Below, piece by piece: positions 11,693-24,967 of a stretch of DNA of 60,000 nt. Made by a program: the position numbers and the translations under genes. The notes below the pieces were generated by a model. It was not told the origin of the DNA. It searched no databases and was given only the letters and a program-made list of their open reading frames with translations. The stretch is from Malacoraja senta (lineage: Eukaryota): contig CM075992.1 in the NCBI GenBank assembly GCA_038087875.1, forward strand, positions 126,001-186,000, written 5' to 3'. Position 1 is the first letter of the stretch. Each line of letters begins with the position of its first letter.

Positions 11693-12409
11693 CAGTTATC
11701 AGCTGAGGTTCCCGCCAGTATCCTGGGAGAGACACCAATTAGATGCTACATTAAACAGGGGCAGCATGTCAAGGCACACATAGAGAAGTGTGGAGATTCA
11801 CACATTCCTGGTATCATGACTCCTGTTATTTAAATGCAAGACTCCAATAAAACGTGATTCTAGGGAAACACATCAAACATTTCTGAACATGTTCAAGGAA
11901 AAGGACAAAAACAAACTGCTCATCAACTGGCAAAGATGCTGCCTTGCATTAAAGTGGAAATCAACTCCACATCAGAAGATTTGGCCAACCGAAGTGTAGG
12001 CATTCCTTTAATCCTTATTTATATTGTTGCTTTATTGACACGCTCATTATCATAGTTGAGGTGATAACAATAAACAGCCTCCACACATCAGAAAACAAAG
12101 TAATTGAAGCCAAGAATGTAGTGAACATTTCCAACTGCCAAGCTAACATTTGAAAAGGGAATAAATGAAGGATACAGTGAAATAATCAAATGTTTTAATC
12201 CATGATTGAAAACATCCACAGCAGGAAAACATAGGCTGCACCTTCTGTACCAAGGGAGAGATCTCCTACTGCTGATAGACACAAAACGCTGGAGTAACTC
12301 AGCGGGTCAGACAGCATCTCTGGAGAAACTTTTGACAGACAGCACACACCGACTGCCTGAGACGGCCTCCACATCAAGACCCAATATCTCACCCTGCCCC
12401 ATTCAGAGA

Positions 12410-12478
12410 CAATGACTCCAACCAGAGAAATGACTCCAACCAGAGACCATGACTCCAGCCAGAGAAATGACTCCAATG
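12410..12478. repeat. 18-bp tandem repeat (AATGACTCCAACCAGAGA), about 4 copies
   Basis: Read directly. Confidence 0.85.
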
Positions 12479-12904
12479 ATTGAATCTTCACCAACGAGAG
12501 GCAGTGCCCGTCTCTCTCCCAATGAGGGGCTGTGACTCAGTCTCCTCATCATTCAACAGATCACGACTGAGGGCACACTAACCAAGGGTTAATGCTGTGA
12601 AGGTGGAACCACGGCCCAATCAAACCTGCCACCACCTCATAGAATGACAATGTACTACATTCTGCTCATATTTCTTACAAGGAAGTAGTTTGGGTATTTT
12701 TGTGGGATTTACAGGGAGTACGTGCAAACTCCACACAGACAGCACCCAAGGTCAGGATCGAACCAGAGTCACTGGAGCCGAGGCAGCAACTCTAACTGTT
12801 GCAGCACCATCATTTCTGATTGGCTTAAAGCCATCAACAAGCCCATGTTTTACATCCAATGAAATGGACAGGACAGGAATAAAGAACAGTTTGTATTCAT
12901 TGGA

Positions 12905-13112
12905 CAATATTCACAGTTAACAAGTGTGTAAAGCACATGGACAGCATTCAGTTTATGAGTGTGCAAAGCACAGACAGTATTCACAGTTATCAAGTGTGAA
13001 ACACACTGACAGTTATCACCTGTACAAAACACTGACATCATTCACAGTTTATAAGTGTGCAAACCACACTGACAGCGTTCACAATTTACGAGTGTGCAAA
13101 GCAGTTCACACC
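12905..13112. repeat. Degenerate ~35-37-bp tandem repeat (TCACAGTTA...AAGTGTG...CACTGACAG)
   Basis: About 5-6 decayed copies visible. Confidence 0.65.
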
Positions 13113-13849
13113 TGATTAAGTACTGAGTACCCTAATGTTGCAAGGTCCAGATCACTTTCCAAGACCTTGCTCTACTGCCCCCTCAGCATTATTCCAAAAA
13201 CTCATGACCCTCTGAGAGAAACCAAATCCACTTACCTCAAATGGGTGGTCGTTGTATAAATAACGAGTCCTGGTTCTTGATTCTCCCGGAACTTGGACAA
13301 TCTGAAATCAGAACCAGAGTGGGGTAAATTCAGGGAGCTGACCCCATACACGAGAGGTCAGACAAAGTGTTGCTGACACCATTTCTCTCCCCATTGATGC
13401 TGCCTGCCTTGCTCAGTACTGTCAGCATTTTCTGGCCGTATTTCAGATTTCCAGGGTTTTTTTTCCTTCATTCTAAAGTTTATTCTTGGCCTGTGTGCAT
13501 CACATGACTCTGAGGGTCCATAAAGTTACCCCTTTGAAAGACCAATCTGTCTTAAGTCATACAGCACAGAACATGGCCTTAGGCCCATCAATTCCACACC
13601 TGCCATCAAGCACCCATTTAAACTATACCTACACTAATCCAATTTTATTCTCTCTGGAATCCCTTCCAAACCTCCTCAGAACCTACTCCAATGCAAAGAA
13701 ACCCTTCTTGATCAAGGAGTTCAAAACCATTCACTAGAACCCTGCTCCCACTAATGTTCTGCAGCATGGTAGCAAGTTTTCCATCTTGTTGTATTGCACT
13801 GCCTTGTGATAAAGACTAGCTGATTTTGAACTGTTGGGCTAATCAACGG

Positions 13850-14070
13850 AACAGGTCATTTGGCCCACTGTGTCTGTACTGACCGTCAAGCACTCAATCC
13901 TACTTTATTCTCCCCACATACCCATCAACTCCTCCAGGATTCTCCCACTCACCACACATTGGGGGCAATTTATCAATTAACCTACCGACATCTTTGGATG
14001 TGGGATGAAACTGGAGCACCCAGGGGAAACCCATGTGGCATCAGGCAGAACGTACAAACTCCACATAGAG
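13850..14070 (-). mobile_element. HE1-type V-SINE fragment
   Basis: GGGGCAATTT...TCTTTGGATGTGGGATGAAACTGGAGCACCCAGGGGAAACCCATG...AACGTACAAACTCCACA. Confidence 0.75.
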
Positions 14071-14976
14071 AGTAGTGGACAATTAGCCAGCCACTTTGTC
14101 ACCATATCACAGGTACATTAAATTATTATGCTGCATAAGGACCTAAACTTGGAGCAGGTCACATTGCAGCTGAAAGCATAACTGATGTAATGATGAAGAT
14201 TTATCAAACTACTCTCCCTGAATAAAGATTGTGGACCTTTTATGGATTTACTATATCTGTAGGGTGTGTTGTCACTTGCCAAACCACTGTTGTCCATTTC
14301 AACGTTCAGCCACTACAGAGGGGTGACATTGCTGTTATTGTGGAAACACATTTAGATCACAATGGACTCCCGGAACAATGCCAAACCTTCAGCTCCACAA
14401 GTTTTTGTTTCATCCCAGAGTTACTGTGGCCTGGAAATTGAACTTATGGCTTGGCTAACGGGTCTCCACCCAAAACTTCACCCATTCCTTCTCTCCAGAG
14501 ATGTTGCCTGTCCCGCTGAGTTACTCCAGCATTTTGTGTCTCTGCTGGGCTAACCCCATCACTTCAGTTGTAACGTGAGCAAAGCAAAGCCTGTTGGAAC
14601 AAGCTGATCACTGAGGGTTAGCATACCTGGGACTACCTAATCTATAGATTTATTTACCATTTGAATTTAAACGCCCGGTGCTAAGGTAGGGTTTGACCTC
14701 ATTTCTCCAGCTTGAGTCCAGGAATGAACCACGAAGAACCAAAGTAATGCTGTAAAAGAGTTCCCTTCCCTCCAGTTTCACAAATTAATTGGAGCACTGT
14801 TCCATTGTACAACATGGGCAGCAGGGAAACAAATGGGCAACAGCCTTGCTCTGCTGTAAAATTCCAATAGTCCGGCATCTGACAATTTGGCACCTGGCTC
14901 ATTCACCAGCCCAGAACGTGAGCCAGGAATGCAGGTGTAGACTGTGGTGGGACGGGCTCGTAGTGGGAGCAGGGTC

Positions 14977-15632
14977 AGGAACACCTGGGCTCGGGAACAC
15001 CTGGGCGTGGGAACACCTGGGCATGGGAACACCTGGGGGCAGGAACACCTGGGGTCGGGAACACCTGGACGTGGGAACACCTGGGGGCATGAACACCTGG
15101 ACTTGGGAACACCTGGGGGCAGAAACACCTGGACTTGGGAACACCTGGGCGTGGGAACACCTGGGCATGGGAACACCTGGGCATGGGAACACCTGGGCGT
15201 GGGAACACCTAGGCTTGGGAACTCCTGGGCATGGGAACACCTGGGCATGGGAACACCTGGGCATGGGAACACCTGGGAGTGGGAACACCTGGGCATGGGA
15301 ACACCTGGGCATGGGAACACCTGGGCGTGGGAACACCTGGGCATGGGAACACCTGGGCGTGGGAACACCTGGGGGCGGGAACACCTGGGCATGGGAACAC
15401 CTGGGGGTGGGAAGACCTGGGCATGGAAACACCTGGGCGTGGGAACACCTGGGCGTGGGAACACCTGGGCGTGGGAACACCTGGGCATGGGAACACCTGG
15501 GGGCGGGAACACCTGGGCATGGGAACACCTGGGCGTGGGAACACCTGGGTGTGGGAACACCTGGGCGTGGGAACACCTGGGCATGGGAACACCTCGGGGC
15601 GGGAACACCTGTGGGCGGGAACACCTGGGCAT
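14977..15632. repeat. 16-bp minisatellite (GGGAACACCTGGGCRT)n, about 40 copies
   Basis: Read directly; source of the repetitive ORFs 14778-15723. Confidence 0.97.
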
Positions 15633-16466
15633 GACAATGTGGGTGGGTTCGCGTCCAGACTGCCTGTACATTCCCACTACCAGGATCCCTGGAAAATTAT
15701 ATTACTGTGAATGCGTGAAATAAATGAGAACTAAAGTGCTTGGTACTAGTCGGAGTAGCGTGCAGGTAGGCAGCTAGCCCGGAATGGGCAGGGGTAATGG
15801 CCAGGCTGATGTAGTGTGCAGTACACACACAGCCACCTGGAATCTCTGAAACATTGTGATCGCAGGAAGTAATAACTACTTTAAAAAATGCTGGAAAATT
15901 GAAGCTTTGACTTGATCCATGGCAGTCCTGGAGGGGTTTTCAATTTCTCTTTTTGTTCTTGTTTCCGTGAGGTGTGAGGTTTGTGTGGGAGCTGACTGAT
16001 ATATTTTTACATTCCTCGCATCTTACAGCGAGTGGTTGCTGTAGCCCAAGGCGTTGGGTTTTCTACACTGCACGCCCCGTCAATGGGTGATGCTGAAGGG
16101 ACAGGCTGTCCTGTTGTCGAGGTGTGAGGCATGGCTCCCAGCGTGGGCAGTCTGAAGTCACTGTTGTTGCCAAGGAGATTTTTAAGTCCTGTTATCTACT
16201 TCACCGGCTGCATCTTCCTGTCTATCCGTTTACTCCGGGCCTGAGATGAGACTGGTCCCAGCGTGACTAGTCCTCACATTGGATGGAGGGGAGGCTGGTG
16301 TGGGAACTGGGCTGAACCGTACCTGCCCAGTCACACTGTAGTCACAGCTTTGTGAAGGAGCATTGACAACATCTGTCGCTACATAAATGCAGGCGAGAGG
16401 GGGCTGAAGCTGGCCATTCGGCCCCTTTGTGTCTGCTCTACCATTTGTATGATCACAGCTGATCTT

Positions 16467-17378
16467 CAAGAGTCAAGATTGTTTTATTGTCTGTCCCAGA
16501 TATGACAATGAAATTCGTGCTTACTGCAGCACAACAGAATATGTAATAGTACATAACGAGAGAAAAGAGTTGTGTGTATAACACATACACACATACTCAA
16601 TAAATAAACAAATATAGTGGAATAATAATAATAGTCTGTCACAGTTCAGAGCTTATTTGTTGTTGTGTTTAGTAGCCTGATGGCTGTAGGGAAGAAGCTG
16701 TTCCTGAACCTGGACATTACAGTTTTCAGGCTCCTGAACCTTGGTGAAATGAGTGTGTGGCCAGGATGGTGTGGGTCTTTGATGATGTTGACTGCCTTTT
16801 TGAGGCAGCAACTACGATAGATCCCTTCGACGGTGGGGAGGTCAGAGCCGATGATGGACTGGGCAGTGTCCACAACTTTTTGCAGTCTTTTCCACTCCTG
16901 GAGGTTCATGTTGCTGAACCAGCCCACGATGCAACCAGTCAGCACTCTACACCTGTAGAAGTTCAAGAGAATCCTCTTTGACATACCGAATCTCCATAAT
17001 CTTCTCAAGAAGTAGAGGTGTTGATGTACCTGCTTTATAATTGCATCAGTGTGCTGGGACCAGGGAAGATCTTCGGAAATATGCACGCCCAGGAATTTGA
17101 AGTTTTTGACCCTCTCCACCATCGACCCATTGATATAAACAGGATTGTGGGTCCTCATCCTTCCCTTTCTAAAGTCCACAATCAGTTCCTTGGTTTTACT
17201 GATGTTGAGAGCCAGGTTGTTGTGCTGGCACCATTTGGTCAGTCGGTCAATCTCACTTCTATACTCTGACTCACCACCATCTGTAATTCGTCGAACAACT
17301 GTGGTGTCGTCGGCAAACTAGATGATGGAGTTCGCACAATGTCCGGCTACGCAGTCATGAGTATAGAGTGAGTAAAGC
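16467..17378 (-). mobile_element. Rex1/Babar-clade LINE, 5'-truncated (RT C-terminal half + 3' UTR)
   Basis: Minus strand gives FADDTTVV near 17300-17320, then DFRK...INGSMVERVKNFKFLGVHISEDLPWSQH...LYFLRRL...RFRNSFFPTAIRLLN (ORF 16646-17179); short tandem tail TCTTGACTCTTG. Confidence 0.88.
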
Positions 17379-17539
17379 ATTCCTTGTTCTCCAGAACACT
17401 AGAGTGCAGGCCCAGCCTGCCTCAGCTTTCCTCAGAGTGCAGCGGTTAGTGCCATTAGCCACAGCTCCAGAGACTTGAGAGCCAAATTGGTTGATGACAA
17501 AAATCCAAAACTCCATGCTTGCTGTTGTTGATATTTAGT

Positions 17540-18225
17540 AAATTTAAAAGGGGCAACGTGTGAATGAGAAGTCCGGGGCAACTGTGTCTTTCACACAGAG
17601 GGTGGTGAGTGTGTGGAACAGGCTGCTAGGGGTGGTGGCAGGGGCAGACACAATAGTGGATAAGCACATGGATATGCAGGAAATAGAGGGATATGGATTA
17701 TGAATGGTTCAATGGTATCTTTATTGTCACATGTATCATGGTCTAGCAAGATTATTTTGCATACAGTTCAGTAAACGTATTACAATAGGTAAATACATGT
17801 ACTTACTCCAATCGCTCACTGCAGCTAATACTCCCGAACCCAGGAATCATTCAGGTGAACCTCCTCTGCACCCTTTCCAAAGCCTCCACATGCTTCCTGT
17901 AATGTGGCAACCAGAACTGTACGCAATATTCCAAATGAGGCCTAACCAAAGCCCTATAAAGCTGCACCATGATTTCCTGAGGTCCCAGCGCAGATCCTTG
18001 CAGAACTCCATGGGTCAAAGAGCTCCAGCTTGAATATTGTCTTTCCATCAAAACCCTTTGTTTTCTATCAGTAAACTAGTTCTGAACCAAGTCACTGTTT
18101 ATCCTGTACATCTGAATCTTCTGAATCAGCCTACTATGGGGGACTTTATCAAATGCCTTACTAAAATCCATGTAGACAACATCCACTGGCCTATCCTCAG
18201 CAAACACCTTTGTCACCTCCTCAAA
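17540..18225. mobile_element. CR1 fragments in both orientations (17540-17705 +, 17840-18225 -)
   Basis: Minus ORFs give [27 protein letters not shown] and [11 protein letters not shown], with internal deletions. Confidence 0.85.
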
Positions 18226-18244
18226 AAACACCATAGTTAGTAAG

Positions 18245-18545
18245 ACTTCCCCCTCTCCCATTGGGCAGAAGATGCAAAATACCACCAGATTCACAAACAA
18301 TTTCTTCCTCACTCTTATCAGGTTCTTGAACAGACCTTTGATAAACCAAGGAAATATCCCGATCCCCAGTCTCCATTGTTGTGAGCCTTGCTCCCTCTCT
18401 TTTCTCTGGACTTCTTCTGTAGCTGTAATACTATTTTCTGCAAGGTTTAGTGGTGTTCATGTGTATGTGTTTCACCTGGATAGCAGAAAGAACAATGCCC
18501 TTCACTGTATCTCAGTACATGTGACAGAAATACCGATACTAATAC
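18245..18545 (+). mobile_element. Rex1/Babar-like 3' end fragment
   Basis: TTRFTNNFFLTLIRFLN, similar to RFRNSFFPTAIRLLN, followed by TTCACTGTATCTCAGTACATGTGACA. Confidence 0.65.
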
Positions 18546-20468
18546 CGGTGACCAAGGAACAGATTTAATGAGCAGAAGAGACAAGTGGCGAGGACAGGGC
18601 TCATTCACATTCCCTCCCTGCCCACACTCCCCATAAGCTGATGTACCGTTGTCATGGAGCTAAAGCAGTAACTCATGCTGGCAGCTCATGACCCGTGCCC
18701 ATTTAAAAGCCTTCGTCTTGCTCGGCATTCTGAGCAGTGATTAATTTTTAATAGACTTTTTCCAAAGGTACTTTCTCAAATGGCCCGCCTTCCATTCTAA
18801 TCAGACTGTGTAGATGCAAATACCAAGGAGTGATGTAAGTATGGCAGGGACACCATCTATCACCGGCAGCTGAGAGAATGAGAATACCAGAGATGAGTGA
18901 GGTTACTAAATCGTAGGGAGCAGAGGAACAAGGAATAATTCAACCTGTGAGATCCACAAATCAGCTTGCGATAATACTTATAATAAGCGGCTTTCTTTCT
19001 TATTAAAGAAAATACATTTGCTACTTTAAAGTCTGATGGATGGTGATTTTGCCCCATGTTTATGGAGATAGGGGCTTTGCATTTTGGTGTACACTAACCC
19101 TTTGATAAGGTGTTCCTGCAACCTCACACAAACCAGCCACATCCAATAGATGCTGCTTTGACAAGACCACACATTAGGGCAGGAGATGGCAACGTGTTCT
19201 GGTAATCAGTTTATGAGGAGGGGACCATTGGACAAGACCAGGTCAGCAGGTCAGGCAGCATCTTTGGAGAATGGGTGATCTTACGGGACAGGAACCTTCT
19301 TCATACGTAGCTACAACAAGTATGATTTGGATTGTTCAGTTGTCAGTGTATAAGACGGTTAAACTTGACTCTTGCCGACTGGTATTCAATAACTAATTGA
19401 ATAACTAACGAGAATGTGCACGGGCAGAAGACTACTGAGGTGTCATCACGTTCCTTGGTTTGGAATCAACACCTCACCTAACTCAGATAGAGTCAACAAT
19501 GACACGGTTATAAAAAAACAAAAGCATCTGTTATTGTGAAATATTTTAAGTTAGTCAATTGTACACAGAAGATTTTTGTTTCCTCGCCAATTAACCCTGA
19601 AAACATACAAAAAATGGTTTCTACAGAACATTAACTAAAAGAAGCACGGCAATTAAATGTGTTGCAAGGCCTTGTGAAGAACGTCTGGTACTGCCACCTG
19701 TGTGTGATTAACCTGATACAGGAAGAGAATTATAATGATTATGTTGGTGTACCAATATTTTGAACTAAAGGGAATCGTTTCCACTTTGAAGAGTGATGCA
19801 TTTAGTGGTGCACTGCATGGGTCTGGTTAATTCAGTTGCCTATTTAATGTAATTGTGGCACATTGGAACATTTGCAGACGTGCTATGTTCATGGGAATAA
19901 ACACAAATGAGGCCATTTGTCCCATCAATCCTATTATTCTTACTTTCTAATTCCCATTCCTTACCCTTGTACTTTGTTCACTATGTATTCATTCAATTCC
20001 CATGGGTGGAAGCTGGTGAATCCAATCAGCCAGCACCTTCCAGACCATAGACATTCAGAGTCTTTTTTGCCATTGTTGTTCCTGGTTGCTTTGTCCATCA
20101 CCTGTGCCTCTCGTGGTCAATCTCCAGTCCCTGTTTGGTCTTTCACATCCTTCATGATCCTACAGAGAGATAAACTTGCCTTTGGTTGTTCTGGTTCAGC
20201 ATTTTTGGTGTTAATAGCTCCCATGCATTCCTGTCTCTTGCCTCAAGCAAAACGCAGGAGGCGAAATAAGCACAGGAAACACTCAGCTGGTGAGCTCCTG
20301 TGTCTGACCACTGCTGACACTGCCTACCTTCATCTACATGAGGCCAGACCTTGGAGTCCTCCCTGCACCCCTCCACTCTCTCTTCTGTAGTAAAATCTTT
20401 ACTCAGCCCGTCTTTATTTCTTCTGTGGGAGCTCAGTGTCGGGATGACAATTGGTCTCATCCAGTTCC

Positions 20469-22030
20469 TGTGATGTGTGTAATGTTAGAGGTACTGTATT
20501 ATGTGTGGCTGTGGTTATATCACAATGCGTTATGGAGCTGAGTGTAAGTTAACGCGAGCCCTCTCCGAGCTGTGTCCTCAGATTCACCTGTGCCAGTGTT
20601 CTGCACCTGTCTCACTGGTGTAAATAACATGGTGGATGTGAATGATATGACACATGTATGATGCCCACCAGTGCAGTCATTACTGAAATAGCCAGCAGCT
20701 CCCTATGCCTCTTCCTATTACCCGAATACTCTGCTTCCTCTCTGTGAGACAGATCTCATCTGTGCTGCCTTAGTTATTACAGAACTGGTGGCTGGCTCAA
20801 GAAGAACAAATGTAGGAGCTGAGCAACAAAAGGGACACGAAGGTCAGTCAATAAGAGTGAGTGGAGAACTCTCTGGGCATGTCTGGTAGACGGGGAGAAT
20901 TAACCAGCATTCTGCAGAGATCAGTCCAAATCCACATGTGGTGTGACACACCATAATGCTTGGATATAAATCACAGTGGAGTAGCAGCAGAGAGCCCAAC
21001 ACAGCAGGGCAATGGTGAAGTGTCCCACACACACACGTCTGAAGCCAAGGACAGAGTTACTGCAAATCTAGAATGATTACTTCCCCACAGAGGGGTTCTC
21101 ACTGCAAGGACAACGACTATACAGTCATGAAACCAAAACAATCAACAGAGAATGATCTTTTGTACTTTTTACACCAGAAATCTCAACAACAACTTCAAGG
21201 TACAACTATGGTTAAATGGTCAAAGCATCACAAAAGCCTAGAGGTGCCAGCAGATTACTCGAGAAGGGGAAAGATACACTTCTAAATAAGTTCAGACAAG
21301 TGCAGCAAATAAGGAGTGGGGTGATTTTGTGCATCTTGTGGCACAGTTTCAAAGAGTTTAAACTAGATGAAATGTTCACTGAATCACAATGGTCAGCCAC
21401 AGAATTACCAGTGATTATATGATCAGCCAACACTGATGGGAAAAGACTGGCTCAAGCAGTGAGTTGGACTAGAAACTAGTTGGAGATAGTCTCTATGACT
21501 GCTTCAGAATCACACTGCATTCAGAGCTGTGATAAAGGTGGAAATGTTCAATAATGCTGGCATGGCCAGCATAGGTTGCAATGTCAACCTCCCGATCAAG
21601 GCAGAAGCAAAATCAATCTAGAGAAAGTTTCACCTGTTGAAAGCGTAAAGAATAATTAGATGAATGAGAGAGAGGCAGAGCGCTTGCAACAGGAAGCCAA
21701 CGTTATTGGAGAACACCAACTGCAGCCTACAGTGGATAATGACAATTACAAGATGATCCTGAGCATTTCCCTTTACCACGTTCTGAAGACAGGGGGCAGG
21801 GTTTTCACTGACATGTGAATGAGCTCAGCTGAATGCAAGGAAGGAAGTCAACTATATTTGACAATTTCTATCTGAAATCAGACACAAAACTAGCTTGTAG
21901 ATTCAAACCATCACCGAAGATATTTCAGACAAGTATGGACCGAATAGGACAACAAAAAGATCATCATCTCTGCAATCAAGATGATGTACCGACAAATGCA
22001 AGTACCAAAGCAGAAACTCCCCGAATCTCC
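20469..22030 (+). mobile_element. Ancient, heavily decayed Ty3/Gypsy LTR retrotransposon (possible LTR/PBS, protease-RT remnants)
   Basis: Ordered motif remnants across frames: ELPVII, PTLMGKDWLKQ, EREAERLQQE, WRTP, DNYK, EHFPLPRSED, GGRVFT, SQLYLTI, SPKIFQTSMDRI, CNQDDV. The 5' boundary (TGTGATG...TAAATAACA|TGGTGG) is tentative. Confidence 0.7.
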
Positions 22031-22547
22031 CAACCCATTTCACTGACAACCTACACCATATTTTATTTGCTCTTTTTCTTTGTAGCCAATAATTCCAATA
22101 CCAATACTCTTCAGGGAGGCAGGGAAGTTGGCAGAGCTGATGTGTATGTGAGGGAGGAGGTGGGACACCATGGTGGGTACGGCCAGGTGGGGCCTAATCA
22201 TCCATCTCTCTGTGCTGCTCATCCATGGTCCCATGAGGTCAGTGAACCACAGGACTAAGGCCAGTCTCTGCTCCGTCTAGGCCAAGGCATCTTCCTTCAG
22301 TCTGACATCAGAACAAGTTGTTATGCACAAACAGATTGCGATTGGTGACTTGGCAGAGCAGCTTTCATTGCCACCATGAACCGAGTCGAAAATGTGTTCA
22401 ATATATTCACTCAAGTCAGCGTTGAGCCAACATTCACAGGCGTTATCAGAAGAACAGTATGATGGTATTTTAACAAAAGTCAAAAGATTTCAATTTCTTG
22501 ACACAAGAGATTGCAGATGCTGAAAAATGCAGCAAAAAAATAAAATA

Positions 22548-22885
22548 CGAGACCAAGTGGGACCCGTTGGGTCCCTGTCACACAGGAGGGCTGATTCCCA
22601 AACGCAACATTCCACCACTCACCCATAGCCCCCAACTGCGCAGGCGTGGCTGACAGGTTCCCGCTGTGATGCCAGTGATCCCCGTTGTGACGCGAGTCAC
22701 GGCAACCCTCCCCAACTGCGCCTCGCCATCCCTCATCCTACACCTATCCTCCTCCATTCCCCCTCATTCCCTCCTCTTCACCCTCCCTCTTCTCTCCCCT
22801 CTCCTCCTCCCCCCTCCACTCCCTCCCTCACCTATCCCTCCCTCCACTTTCCCCTACCCTCAGTCACTCCCTCCCTCCCTTTAAG
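22548..22885 (-). mobile_element. Non-autonomous Helitron-like element 3' end
   Basis: Perfect hairpin GGGACCC-GTT-GGGTCCC (22559-22575); on the minus strand it is followed by ACTTGGTCTCG|T, one mismatch from a CTAG terminus. Confidence 0.5.
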
Positions 22886-23774
22886 AGGAGTGGAAGATAC
22901 CTGGGCAATCGAAGATGCTTACTCCCGGAGTGCCTGTATATCGTCTGCTCCCCTTAAATCCAAGGATGTATTGTATTAGTGTGCACTACGTAAACATGTG
23001 AAATCAACGTGGGTCAGAGTATTAACAGAAGTTACATCCAGGTAATATGCTCCAGGTAATATCTAACACCTCCAAAGGTGCCAGAGTTTTGGAGTTGAAT
23101 GGACTTTTAGATTCCAAAGTTATTTAATTATTTGAACTTAAATTCACCAGCTGCAATGGTCTCATCTCCAGGTGCACAATCCTGACATTTCAATCCTAGT
23201 TCAATAGCAACGACTGTTGGTGCCGGCTGGTCTACCAAGGGTTAATAGCATTTTTTATTCCTAGTTTGGCATTGCAATGCCTGTAGGGTTTGGTTGTTGT
23301 TTCAATGATTAAATAGTGTGGTGTTCACTGACCCACAGCAGAGAGCTCTCATTCACTGCCATTAACATTTGTTTTTAGTGCAAAATAGGTCTAGTGATCA
23401 TTAATTTAACACAATTTAATTCCACCAATGTTGCAAAATCTAGGTCTGCCACAAGAGTGAAATTGACCAGAAAGCTGCCTGACCTTTCATAGAGAAGACC
23501 CCAACAATTACGATGCATCGTCAAGGTGATTATGCAGAGTTAAAGGCCCTATTTATTTTCCATAAACTGTACATTCCTCCCTGCCTTTTGCATCATCTCT
23601 GTATGACAGGGAGAGTACTGTGCACTTATCAAGGCATTGTACACTATCGACAATTCCAGCACCTTGGAGAGGGGGTTGTGGAGAATGCTGTACAAAGTAC
23701 AAACTGCTGAGGACCTCAGCGTGCCAAATAACATTCTCACCACAAAGGCCATGATCATCTCCAACACAACATAG

Positions 23775-24965
23775 CCCACCCCCCCCCCCCACCCACTCAC
23801 CCTGCCCCCAACTCACCCCCCATCAACTCACCCCCCCATCAACTCACCCCCCCCATCAACTCACCCCCCCAACTCACCCCCCATCAACTCACCCCCCATC
23901 AACTCATCCCCCCAACTCACCCCCCATCAACTCACCCCCATCAACTCACCCCCCCCAACTCACCCTCCATCAACTCACCCCCCCCATCAACTCACCCCCA
24001 TCAACTCACCCCCCATTAACTCACCCCCATCAACTCACCCCCCATCAACTCACCCCCCATCAACTCACCCCCCATCAACTCACCCCCATCAACTCATCCC
24101 CCCAACTCACCCCCCCCATCAACTCACCCCCCCATCAACTCACCCCCCCAAAACTCATCCCCCATCAACTCACCCCCATCAACTCACCCCCATCAACTCA
24201 CCCCCACCAACTCACCCCCCATCAACTCACCCCCCACCAACTCACCCCCCCAACTCACCCCCATCAACTCATCCCCCCAAATCACCCCCCATCAACTCAC
24301 CCCCCATCAACTCACCCCCCCCCAACTCACCCCCCCCCAAATCACCCCCCATCAACTCACCCCCATCAACTCACCCCCCCCAACTCACCCTCCATCAACT
24401 CACCCCCCCCATCAACTCACCCCCATCAACTCACCCCCCATCAACTCACCCCCCATCAACTCACCCCCCATCAACTCACCCCCATCAACTCATCCCCCCA
24501 ACTCACCCCCCCCCATCAACTCACCCCCCCATCAACTCACCCCCCCAAAACTCATCCCCCATCAACTCACCCCCCATCAACTCACCCCCCCAACTCACCC
24601 CCATCAACTCACCCCCATCAACTCACCCCCACCAACTCACCCCCCATCAACTCACCCCCCACCAACTCACCCCCCCAACTCACCCCCATCAACTCATCCC
24701 CCCAAATCACCCCCCATCAACTCACCCCCCATCAACTCACCCCCCCAACTCACCCCCCCCCCAAATCACCCCCCATCAACTCACCCCCCATCAACTCACC
24801 CCCCCCAACTCACCCCCCCCCAACTCATCCCCCAACTCACCCCCCATCAACTCACCCCCCAACTCACCCCCCCCAACTCACCCCCTAACTCACCTCCCAT
24901 CAACTCACCCCCCATCAACTCAATCCCCCAACTCATGCCCCCCCCACCTCACCCCCCCCCCAACT
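23775..24965. repeat. C-rich minisatellite (C5-9 ATCAACTCA)n
   Basis: About 1.2 kb read directly; variable C-tract length. Confidence 0.97.
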
Positions 24966-24967
24966 CA

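Noticed and set aside
14778..15723. Overlapping 240-300 aa repeat ORFs
   Set aside because: Translations of a 16-bp minisatellite; the period is not a multiple of 3 and both strands are open.
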